NCBI GenBank assembly: GCA_001179505.1
Contig: CDMY01000257.1
Coordinates: 83,088-147,087 of the forward strand
Source of the DNA: Vitrella brassicaformis CCMP3155
Taxonomy: Eukaryota; Protista; Chromerida
Reading direction: 5' to 3'
DNA length: 64,000 nucleotides
The notes beneath the pieces were generated by a model, which had not been told where the DNA came from, searched no databases, and saw nothing but the letters and a program-made list of their open reading frames with translations. The position numbers and the translations under genes were made by a program. This document shows, piece by piece, positions 27,001-38,649 of the stretch; positions within the stretch are counted from its first letter, which is position 1, and each line of letters opens with the position of its first letter.

Positions 27001-29798
27001 ACCATAGAAGCCCCCTCCCTCCTCCTAAGGCTACCTGCCTGTCTGTCGGTTGGCTACCTTCCCCCTGAGTGAGTGCGTCCATCTACAAGTGTATCTATCT
27101 ACCTTCGCCCATTCATTCGTCCATTCGTCCGTTGATTTCATCATTGCATCATATCACTACTGGGCGGTCTCGTGTAAAGGGGAGGGAGGGGGGCATTGTA
27201 TGTATCTATGTGTGTGTGTTCGTATGTCTCGATCGTCTGTAATCATGGCTTACGAGTCGCTATCCCTCTGGCTCTCTCGGCCTGCCTGCCTGCCTTTTTG
27301 ACCACGCGGCATCTAACCCTCACTGGTAAATGGCTGACAGTCGGATCGAGGAAGCCACACTGACATTGCGTAACAAACATGGGTGGGTGGGTGGCCATCA
27401 GACAGCGTGTGGGTGTTTTTTCGCTGCACGAACCAACGAACACACGCTGTCGTGTGTCTCGCGTCCCGTGTCCTGACGCCCCTGCCGGGCCCGTCTGCCA
27501 CTTGTGCGGCGGGTGTCTTTCATCTCGTCTCCGCACCAGTGCCAGCCAGGCCCTGGTGGTGCATCAGGAACACGTCAGCAAGACTCGCTGCACGCGCGCT
27601 GCGTTTTTGCTCTCGGCTGGACGGTCCACACACGAATGAACGGATGGCTCATCGATTGCCTTGTCACTCAGCTCTTGTCCCAAACCACGGCACACAACTT
27701 ACTTTCAGAGAGGGAGCCAGTGAGACCGGTAGACAGACAGGTGGTGGGGACTCAGCGAGCATCATTATTTTTCTGTACAGTATGGCCTCTCCTCCCCCCC
27801 CCGGGCGCTTCTTGACGACTTCACCAGCTAGCTACCCGACTCACATGCTACCGGTAGACAGACAGACAGACAGACCAAACCATACCACGTCGGTGATGCT
27901 GTTCCTCGGTCGGGTGGCTTGGTGGGTCGCAAAGGTCTGCTGGGGCGGGCTGGGCTCAAGTGGTGGGACGGCCGACAGAGGCCCTGACTGAATGGCTGGG
28001 TGTGGGTGTGGGGCGCTGGAGGGTTGGGTGTTAAATACAGGGACGTAGAAGGACAGACAGACAGACAGAGACTGCAGCGATCGATGCCGCTGACATTGCA
28101 TTGCATTGCACTGCATTGCATGGCACTCATCGCGGCGCGGCCCTCACTCATTCACTCATTCATTGACTCATTCATTCATTTGTATTTTTCTCCGCAGCCA
28201 TCCGGTCAGCTCATGACGATGGCTGCATTCGTCCATCCGTCCGTGGCGTAGGCGTAGCCCTTTTTCAATATGGCCTGCTTGACTGGCTGGCTGCTTGGCT
28301 GTCTCGCCATTCCCTTCCAACCGGTGGGTCAGCCTGTGTGAATGGAATGTGCATGTGTGTGTATGGTCCGTCCAGAGTCACCCAAGGGCGGGAGACACGA
28401 ACGAGCTGGCTGTGGGCGGGTGGGAAATGGATGTCTGAATGACTCGTGGATGGGGGCAGTGGGGATGGACGGACGTCATCCACACATCCACACCGACACA
28501 CATTCGGGAGAGGGAGGCAGGGAGGGAGGGACAATTCGCCGATGGATGGATGGATGGATGGCTGGATGGGGCAGTTTGTGACAGACAGGCATTGCNNNNN
28601 NNNNNNNNNNNNNNNNNNNNNNNNNNNNNNNNNNNNNNNNNNNNNNNNNNNNNNNNNNNNNNNNNNNNNNNNNNNNNNNNNNNNNNNNNNNNNNNNNNNN
28701 NNNNNNNNNNNNNNNNNNNNNNNNNNNNNNNNNNNNNNNNNNNNNNNNNNNNNNNNNNNNNNNNNNNNNNNNNNNNNNNNNNNNNNNNNNNNNNNNNNNN
28801 NNNNNNNNNNNNNNNNNNNNNNNNNNNNNNNNNNNNNNNNNNNNNNNNNNNNNNNNNNNNNNNNNNNNNNNNNNNNNNNNNNNNNNNNNNNNNNNTGTGT
28901 GGGTGTTTTTGGTAGAGGTATAGGTAGATCCCCCTCTAACCTCGCTTGTTCGATGCTGCTACTCTGTCTGTCTCCCTTACTCGACTTCGTCCTGGTGTAC
29001 CATAGTGCCCCTCACTCGCCTCGCCTACCTTGGTTTCTGCTTGGTGTACAGCCAGCCACTTCGTCTCTTATCTATCTCGTTTCGCCCCGTCCCCCTCTCT
29101 GTCAATATAACGGCATCTTCCTCTGTGTGGTGTGGTAGTCTCGTGACTGCTGCTGCTGCTGCCTTCGTGATGGGACCACTGACTTGTGGCTGGCTGAGAG
29201 GGCGGGTGGCTATTGCTGTTGCTGCTGGCTGGTGGGTGTGGGATCGGCTGATCTGTGGTGTTGTTCGGACTTGTCTGCTAAGCTGCCAGCCTCCCAACTG
29301 TTGCATTTTTGTGCAGACTTGCATACAATACACACATACCCACATACATACATAAATGTGAGCAGAGTGTTTTGAAGTGCTAATCTGACTGACTAGTGGC
29401 TTGACTGGCCGAATGAATGCTTGGTAGGGAGCCTACTGTGGCCGGCCGACTGACTGACTGACTGACTGGGCGGTTTGGCGTCGATCTAATTGGTATCTCT
29501 GCGGTGGGTTGCCTGCTCTCTCCCACACACACTACACTCCATTGTGGGTGGATGGGATGGATGGAGTGGGGGATGACTTATGTATGAATGAATGACTTGG
29601 ATCCGTCCGTGTGTGCATGCGTGAATTCACTTTCTGTCTCGCTCACACCCCGCTCAGACGCAGTTGGTCTCACGCACGCACAAATAATATTGACACACAG
29701 AAGACACACATGTACACACACAGCACCAAATCGGCACAGAGCCGCCTCGTTTCAGGTGTCCCATCTATCCGTCCGTCCATCCATCCATCATGTTTCAT
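21004..29798. repeat. Long non-coding region dense in microsatellites: (GACA)n, (GATG)n, (GACT)n, (CAGG)n, (GT)n, (GCATG)n
   Basis: Short tandem repeats throughout. ORFs here translate the repeats, and I found no consistent spliced gene. Confidence 0.7.
28596..28895. other. Assembly gap (300 N)
   Basis: Run of N. Confidence 1.
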
Positions 29799-32471
29799 TC
29801 ATGGAGGCTTTGTCCTCTTGGGTCTTCGTCGCATCGGCCCCTCCCCACCAGCCCCTCCCACGTCATCCCCCCGTGGCTGCTGCCTGTTGGCACGTGCTGG
29901 TGCTGCTGGCGGTGCCTCACTCGGCTGCCGTGACAGCATGTCTTCTATGTCGTCTTCACTCATGCCCTCAGTCACGTGAACTGCACCACACACACACACA
30001 CACACACCACTCGTCGTACGATGCTGTGAGCTGGTGCGCTGCTTACAGTGGACTGTGTTTCCGAAGTCTTTGGTCATCTGGCCGTCCTCGCCGAAGAGCC
30101 TCTCCAGGTCGCCGGCCATCATCTGCTGGAAACGATCGCTGACGGCCTCTGCTTCATCGTCGCTGTCGTCGTCGTCGCGTGGGGAGGATTCCCCTTCCTC
30201 ATCAATATTGTCATCTTCTTCCTCATAGCTCTTCTCGTCAGCAGCACGCGCCCGAGCAGCTGAGGAGCGACACAGACACACAGAAGTCAAGAAAACAATG
30301 TGTGTGTGTGTGTGTGTATGTGGTGTGTGCCGATCGACTGACTGACCATCTCTTATCCTCGGTGGCCTCCTGGGTAATGATGTGTCAGCTGGTGCTGGTG
30401 ACGGCGACGCTGATGGTGACGATAACGGTGGTATGTCAGGCCTGTCCTCCACATCCACAAACTCATCATCCCCCTCAATCCACCGAGAGAAATCCATCGG
30501 CTGCTCCTCATCATCTCCCATCTCGGCCTCGATCTCGTCAAGGCCTTTTTCCAGCTCGTCAATGTCATCGACGCCCCCGCCGCCTTTCTCGAGAAGCGAC
30601 AGCAGCGCCTCGTACTGCTCCTCATTCAACTCGGACGTGTCGTCGCCCACAATGCCGCTGGACAGCCTCTCCAAATCCAGCTTGATGTCTTCATCCGAGA
30701 ACTCCTCGGGATAGCCTTCACGCTGGGATTTGGCAGCGGCCTCAGCAGGTTCTTCCTCTCGTTCTTCCTCGTCGTCGAGCTGATCGTCGAGGTCTGTGTC
30801 GCCATCGTCGCGCAGCAGGTAGGGGAGGGCGGCTGGGAGGGAGGACGAAAGCGAGATGACCTCGTCGCTGATGCGTCAATGGATGGGCACACACACCCAA
30901 CAGATATACAGGCAGGCAAGTCAGCAGACTGTGCACATGGGGGCAGTCATTGCCTTTCTGTCTGTCGCTGTTCACCTGTCCATGGACAGCAGCCAGGTCA
31001 GGTTGTCGGCGAGGCCCTCCTTTGCGGCTTGTTCCGTGAAGCCGTCATCACTCAATACAGACGAGGGCAGCAGAATGCGAGCAGACGGACCGACGGTGTC
31101 GAGCAGCTGCGCACACACCCAACCCAACCCGCACACGCACACGCAGGCGCAATCATGTATTCATCATGCTGGCCGATCGCTCGTTGCTGCGTACCTGTTT
31201 CACTGACTCGACAGAGGGCGCCTCCGACACTGAAGACACAAAGGCACAGACAGGCAAAGCATCACAGCACATCACATCCATCGGTATATAAATCCTCCTT
31301 CCCGTCCTTACATGCAACACCAACGACTTCCAAGTTCTGGCCTCTCTCCACAGCCTGCTCGACCAGTGCCATCCCATCAGCGTCCAGTCTTGTGAGCTCC
31401 AGCATTACTCTCCCCAGCTGGCCGCCCCCCTCTGTGTCATCCTTTTCAACCTCCTGTTCCCCTGCCAGGTCCTCAAAGCCCCCCGATCCTCTCGTGGCCG
31501 GATGTGGCAACGATGCTGGCCGTTTCTTCCCCAGGAAGCGGGCGCGTGAGGCGCTCACCCGCCGAGGCCTCCAAGGCAGAGAGGCCTGGATGGAGAGAAG
31601 GAGACAGAGGGCTGAGTGCATTGTATGTCAGATCGTCTTGCCCGTGTCGGTGGATACCTCTTTGCCTGCCAGGACGCCATCGATGGCCGCCAGTGTGTCG
31701 ATTGAATCGACCAGGAGGCAGGGGAGGGCCATCCCCGCGTCGCCGCTGCCGTCTTTCATGAAGGGGCTGATGACCCTCTGGACGCGCTTGGTGTTCAGAG
31801 AGCCGGTCACACGAACGACAAACTGACAGTCGTCCTCTACGTAACACACACCCAACCACATGGACACACACGTACAGCACTGATACGCATCGGTGCCTCT
31901 CCATCGATCTCACCCACCGAAGTTGTCTTGCAGCTGCTTGACTTGCCTGCCTCCCTGCTCCATGAACACCCGCCATCCATAGTCGTAGGCAATGTCACCG
32001 TAGAGGGCTGCCGTGCGGGACATGTCCATGACCGCGGGGAGGGTGCCGCTTGTGCCCACCGATGGGAAGCGCGAGAGTATCTGGCCCTTGGTGTGGGCTA
32101 ACACGCGGTCCCACGCCATGACGGCCTCCTCAGACACCCGCTCACCTTCCTCCACCTGATGAATCAGTTCATGACACACATCACATGACAAGAGTGATCA
32201 GGTCATGCATGTGTTGTGCTTGTGCATCTCTCTCTTGTCCGTGTTGCCTTACCCCTAGTTCGCGCACGCGGACGTCTGACTGCTTGCCAGCCATCACTGC
32301 GCGGCCACGAACAGGCCGCCCAGCACCAGGAGGACGAACATGCGGCCGTATAGGAAGCAGGAATGAGGCTACTGACGGCGCGCGGAGGTGCGATAGTGCC
32401 GCTGACGTCCCAGTGAACGGGGAAACCACAGCGATGAAAGCGGGGATGAGTCGATACGCCAGCAGAACCAT
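29799..32471 (-). CDS. Hypothetical protein with probable bipartite (signal + transit) N-terminus and very acidic C-terminal third
   Basis: Exon 1 is MVLLAYRLIPAFIAVVSPFTGTSAALSHLRAPSVASFLLPIRPHVRPPGAGRPVRGRAVMAGKQSDVRVRELG| (donor at 32252). Later exons include VEEGERVSEEAVMAWDRV..., LLDTVGPSARILLPSSVLSDDGF and D/E tracts. Ends RRRPKRTKPP*. An alternative start exists at 32519. Confidence 0.65.
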
Positions 32472-32690
32472 CAGGAATCGATGAGGCCGCTCTCCAAGTC
32501 CACGATGCTGCTTATTCATCCCAGATCTTCCTTTCCCTCGTCTGCGCGATTGAGCTCGCAAACGGCGACGATCCAAGGGAGAAAAATGTGCGTGCAGAAG
32601 GGAGCAATGCAATGAGGCATGACGACGAAGCTCACCTGAACGGAGATCTGGCAATTCGAACGACGAAATCGATGGATCACTAACTGATTC

Positions 32691-35600
32691 ATGGCATCCC
32701 CTGCCTGCCCTGCGTCGGCTGCAATGGCATCCAGCCCCACCGCCGACGCATCTCCCTTGCTGCCCGGCCCTCCCCCCAAGCGCTCTCTGCGGGAGGTCAT
32801 CACGGCGTGGCTCATCACAATGAGGGTCCGATTTCACGACAGTGCGATGGAGGCTGCCTACCTCAACCAGGACCCCAGCAGCGTCTTCTACGGGCTCTAC
32901 ACATTGCACGGGATGATGTGCGTCTTCTCGCTGGCGAGGTCGGTGGTGTTGGCGCAGAGCATGCCTGGATGGGGCACGGTGCCCACACTGGTGGCCCTCT
33001 ATGCGCACATCGGCCTCTGGATCAACGGGCTCACAGTTATCAACGCCCTGTGCGTCATGGGGTTTCTCAAGAGCCCATGGTCTGTCGGCACGCACCTCAA
33101 AGCGGAGACCATCTTACACATGCGAGGACGCAGACGGATGCACACACACTTTCGACTGCCGTGTTCGTGTGTGTGTGGTGTTTAGGTTAATGATCAACCT
33201 GGTCCACAGCGACCACCTGAGGGCAACGATTTGGGATGCTTTATCGGTGATCATTCCCTTGGGCCGTTTGTGGCCGCTGATGTGCAACTGCACCTTCACC
33301 CTCATGCTGCCGCCGCCACTCATCACTCTCCCCTTCCGCGTCTTTGTCGTCGGCGTGACCTTCGCCTGGTGCATCCTCCTGGAGTGCACGTGCCCACAGA
33401 CTCTCATGGACAGCGGTGTCACGCGCACGCAGGTCATCAACGGGTACGTGATCGTCATCTACCCCATCCTATGCATCTTGTATCGCGACTACCAGCTGGA
33501 GACCTACTCACGGGCGCTTTTTGAACAATCATGCAAGACGACCAAAGAGCTGCAGTTCCTGGGAGCGATCTCCAACGACACTGTATTACTCACAGACGGC
33601 AAGAACAGGTGCGTGTCGCGGCTAGACGGGCGCCTGGAGGGCAGTCCCTCCATCTATGACTTCGTGCACCTCGACGACCGTGACAGCGTGGAGGAGCTCT
33701 TGCGTGACCCGCCGCGTGTGTCGTCGTCGATGAGCCAGGAGGATGGGGATGAGGGCTTCAAGTCGGAGACGGTGCGCATGGTGTTGCCCAAGAAAGGCGC
33801 CAGACACTCTTCGAGCAACTGCGGCGGGCCGCATGGCCCAGCAGGTGTGAAAGATAGATGTGTTGCCTGCCATCCACGCAGTGGTGGCCAGTGGAAGGGC
33901 GGTGCCTCGTGCGTCTTTGTGTGTGTGGTGCAGACTATCGTCACATGGAGGTGTATGTCCGTTCGTTGAGAGATGAGGAGATGCTCGGCCGCCAGTGTCT
34001 TGTATGCCTGCGCGACGTGACACAGATCACGCGCGAAAGGCAGAAGCTGGCCATGCTGCTCGAGGCTGTCAGCCAGCGGCTGGGCATCGTGGCCTGGGGG
34101 TCAGCAAGCGACACACACAAAACACCACCAATACGTTCTTCATTCATTGTGTGTGGTTGTTCCCCTGGGTGTCCAGATGCGACTGCGTGTGTACCCCGGG
34201 AGACGACAACGCCCAATGCGGCGAGGCCGTGTTCTTCGGGACAGTCTATGAAACCGTCACTGGCAAAAAGTACGCAGATGGATCTACTGGATACTCTGTA
34301 TGTCCTGCATGGTCTGGTCGGTTCATTGATTCACTGCAGGCCGCCGGACCCCTCCACGACTCCCAAGTCGGCCTCTCCCCCTTCCCCGCTTCACCGCCCC
34401 ACCAGCGCGACGACGGCCGTCCCGCCCGCCGACCTTCCACCGCCGTTTGATGCCATACACGAGAGGCCATCGCACGCCTACCTGGAGCCGCCAGACGACT
34501 GGGGCAACCGATCCATCGACAGCGAGGAGCCGGTGTCACAGCTGTCCGCCGGGTCAACCGCCATCAGAGAGTACATGGCCCTCATAAGGCGGAGGGTCGG
34601 GGTGATGGACCCGCTGATTTCTGTTGACGACGATTTGCAGCCCTGCTATGGCTTGCAAGCGCCCCTGCCACAAATGCAGCCACAGCAGCAGCCACAGCAG
34701 CGACGGGCGTACTCAGCAGTCGATGTTCGTTGCGTGTCCCGCAGCAGCAGCGGCTGCAGCGGCATACGGCCGCTTGAGGGAGACGCTGCGGTGGCCGCTG
34801 AGCGATGTGTGGATGGGTGCGATGCCCCCCCGGCCAGGCGGGACAGCGACGGTAACTTCTGGACCAGCTGGATGCAGCACTTCGCAGAACCGGGACGGTC
34901 CAAGCTGCAGGAAGCATTCGGGGTGAGTCACACACACACACAGACACGCACAAAGCAGGTATACTGACTGTGTGTGTGCGTGTCTGTGTCTGGGCCTGGG
35001 CCTGAGTTCATTCAGCGTCTGTGCCACAATAAAGAGTCTTTCTTAATGGACCTCCAGTACGAGACGCCACAGGGCGGAGAGATTAGGTACGTAGCATGCA
35101 TGATAACGTGGCACAGTCTTGCATATGTGGGCTGTGTGTGTGTGTGTGCATGTTTTTCCAGGTCGTTTAAGGTGGGCGGGCAGGCGGATCCCGCCTGCCC
35201 TGACTTTGTGTGGGGCCTCTTCCAGGACACCACGTCGTAAGTCAGACCATCACCACACACACACAAATGGACATCTAATTGTGTATTGTGTTTCAACCTC
35301 TCTCTCTGTCTGTGCCTTCTGATGTGGTTCAGAGAGCGTATGCGTGAGCTGTCGACGCTCAATTTGACGCAGTGGCTGCAGCGGCTGGTCGAGACGCACT
35401 TCGCCGGATGGGGTGTGGCTGAGATCCAGGACACGGGCACCATCACACAGAGCTCAGCCACACTGGACGCCCTGCTGGGCAGAACCGTTCAGGTCAGTCA
35501 GTCAGTGGTGGGATTGACATCCAGACAAGCGTCCACCCACACATCCATCCATCCCATGTTTCCCGTCTGTGCAGGGTTCGAGTGCTCGTGTGGTGTTGAG

Positions 35601-36146
35601 CAGCGACGCCCTCCAGATCTTGCGGGCGCACGGGTCCTTCAAAGACCATCCGCAGGAGGTGAGCCTGGCAGAGAGAGAGGGAGGGACAGAGGGAACAGTC
35701 AAAGAGATGCATTAGTAGAGGCCACTGACATCTGTTTTGTGTGTGTATGTGTGTGTGTGTGTGTAAGCTCCGTGTGGCTTTCACTGGCCGTCGCATTGTC
35801 CACCGTCTTCGGCTGACGGCCTTCGTGGATCGAGAAGGTAACAAAGCGAACATCCACACGCACTTGGTCAAGTCCCTGTGCGCGCCTGTCTATAGATCCC
35901 GCGCTTGTCGTCTTTGGCCTACGTGTTGAGGAGACCCGTCGGTTCCCTCCTCCGGTCAACACCCGCTGCGACGACATCGTGCTGCCCATCGACAGCCCTG
36001 ATGACCTCCAGCTGCCCGTCTCGTCGCCGAGAATGCCCATCGTGCCGCCGCGGTTCGATGTGCTGGGCAGTGGGGATGGGGCCGGGCTGGTGGATCAGCC
36101 GGTGAGGGTCATCATTCCACCCTCTTACCAACCGGACGACCCGTGA
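32691..36146 (+). CDS. Multi-TM protein followed by PAS/PAC-like domains, no recognisable output domain
   Basis: RFHDSAMEAAYL precedes several hydrophobic helices. SIYDFVHLDDRDSVEELL and CLVCLRDVTQ are PAS/PAC motifs. Two further PAS-like segments (FVWGLFQDTT; DTGTITQSSATLDALLGR...DPALVVFGLRV). Final intron GTAACA...CTATAG, stop 36144-36146. Confidence 0.7.
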
Positions 36147-36636
36147 AGTGCATGTGTGTGTTTTGTGGATGTCTGTGTGTGTGCGTGTGTCATGGTGTGT
36201 GTGGAGCGGCGCGTCGCCAATGAGTGAGTCGGTGGTAGTGAGCCAGCGCACCCTGCGTGTGGGGCGTTGTGTGGCGAGTGAGGTTTGAAGGTTCGAGTTG
36301 GTTTATTGTAGGGCCTATGGGAGTCACGCCTGTGCTAGTCTGCGCAGAGAGGTGCATTGACTGCATGTGGTGGTTTCGTGGTCGAGTTGATGTGGTGTGA
36401 TGCACGTTGAGATTTCCCTCCCTCCCTCCCTCCCTCCCTCCCGTGTGTGTGTGCGTGCATCGATGGATGGACGGATGAAGGGATAGCTCAGTGGATGGAT
36501 TCGACTAAGTGTATGCATCAGCTACTGTGCACAGACAAGTCTACACACAACAAGGCAGCGTCATTGCATCTCTCTATGCACATGCAGCCCCGCCGCCCTG
36601 CCGCATCTCATCTCATCTCACCTCACCTCGTCTAAT

Positions 36637-38338
36637 CTAGATGAACTCCTGTGTGCTGAGGAGTAGGTCTGCCTCACACACCTGCTTCCCGTCTGCCAAA
36701 GTCACTAACGGCCCATCCAGCTCGGGTGCATATGCCGGGGGGACAGCCGCCATCAGCCTTTTGGTATAGGGCATGAACTCCGCCTTTCCCACCTCGGCTT
36801 CGATGCGCTGCACCTCGGCCTCAGTCATCCCCGTCACCTCTGCCAGGGACTCGTCGATGAGGCCGGGCTTGATGTACTCTATCACGTTGCGCCTGTGCGG
36901 TAGGTACAGTCAATCAATGCACACATGCGACAGACAGGCACAGTCGTGCTGTCATTTATTAACCTGTACTGATCGGTGTAGGCAAGCGCCGCCTCGAGGA
37001 AGTCCGCCTTCAGCTGGGAGACGGCAGCATTCAACGCGGCCTTCTGCTTGCGGTGGCCTAACTTGCGAGGCTGGGAGTCCCTCTGCACACACACGCAGAC
37101 ACACACAAACGCACAGGAGGACAGCGCATGCAGACAGACACGCAACCCCTCGCCTCCTCCCTCACCTGTAGAGCGAGCTCGTGGCAGATGCGATCGATGG
37201 TCTCGGGCAGCCCCTTGATGTTGTTGATCTCCCACTCGATCTCTTTGCGCCACTCGTCACGCAGCAGCTTCTACCGCAGCGGCATTAGGGCAGGGTCGCG
37301 GATCACCGGATCACCATGCATGGTCAGCCGGATAACCTCGCTCGGGCGCTTGCCTTTGCCGAACACTCGAGATGCGGCGAAGCTGACGGCGCATATGACC
37401 ACCGAGTAAGGCGTCAAGTCGAACAGGTAGGACACGGAGCGACAGTTGCCGTGATCGGGGACTCGACAGAGGATCTTCCGCCAGAACAGCACGTCGACCA
37501 CGATGTTGGTCCGGTTGTCGCAATTGATGAATGGGTAGACGGCGACAGGAAGGCCCCGTGCGGCCATGTCAAGAAAGGCAGCGATGGTCGTGGAGAGGAC
37601 GGCAGCAACCCTCTGGCCGCACAAAACTGACAGCTCTGGACTCAGCCTCGGCGGGCCATTGGAGTTCAGTCGGGGGTTCGGTGCTGTAAGGGGGAAGAGT
37701 TGGTAACTCGGGTAAACGACGCTCTTGTCATAGAGTAAGGCGCCTGTGTCGCAGGGGGGTTGTCGATCAGGGTGGCCCCTGGTTGAGAGGCTTGACATAG
37801 CCACAAGGCAATAGAGCCGGTCGGTCTCGAACGAGGCAACCTCGGGACTCACAGCGACTTCCGTGCGATGCCCGTAGTCCTCGATTTCCCGCAAGATAGC
37901 CTGCTGCTTCTGCCGTTGCCGCTTGAAGAAGCTGTCCTCAGACATCCAGCCCAACAGATATTTGACAGCATGTGGGTTGCCGCGCACTCTCAGGTCATAG
38001 ACGTAGAGCTTCCGGCCCCTCTCGCACATGGCCCTGGTGTGCCGCCCCCTCTCGACGTACTGCCGCAGACACGCCTCACTGCAATAACGGGGACTGACCT
38101 CACGCACACACCGACTGCACACGTGGAATCGCTGGCCAGGCTCAGGTCGCTTGCCGCACACGATGCACTGCTGAAGCTCCATTTCAGGGTCAGCCGTCGA
38201 GGCGTCCATCCGCACTTTGTAGCCGGCCATTTCGCTGAAGCTGAAGGGACGCCGGCCACCTGGGGCGCTTTGAAGTGCTGCTGGGTGGTCCGGTTGCTTC
38301 ATTGGCGAGGCCCATAGAGGCGAGGCGGGCGCCAGCAT
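36637..38338 (-). CDS. MYND-type zinc-finger protein
   Basis: CIVCGKRPEPGQRFHVCSRCVREVSPRYCSEACLRQYVERGRHTRAMC fits the C-x2-C...C-x2-C...YCS-x2-C...H-x3-C pattern. Three further exons end LLSTQEFI*. Start at 38338 or 38230. Confidence 0.75.
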
Positions 38339-38649
38339 GTGCTGAGGGTGCGGCGGGCCCGGAGGAGGAGGACGAGAGCGATGGGCGCGGCAGACATAAT
38401 GAATGGGTCAGCCCAACACGGCAAAAGAAAGACGCGTTCGCCGTGCCGCTTCTGCCTTTCTTACTGCTTTTGCTGATGTGTTCTCGCCTGTACACTCCTT
38501 CAAGCGATCCACTATGCGAGCTAACCCCAGATCTCCTCCCTCTGGATGAATGGAGGCTCTTTGAGGACAGCCAGACAGTGATCCATGCTATCGTAAACTG
38601 TCCAAGATCCGAAACTCATTCAGCAACGTACAGCTTTTGGTTCATCATC

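Noticed and set aside
28439-29138. ORFs running through poly-X
   Set aside because: They are artefacts of N gaps; the same applies at 43, 50 and 52 kb.
31030-31420. Weak resemblance of the plastid-like protein to uroporphyrinogen-III synthase (LELTRLDADG..., RILLPSS)
   Set aside because: Only two short degenerate motifs, insufficient without a profile search.
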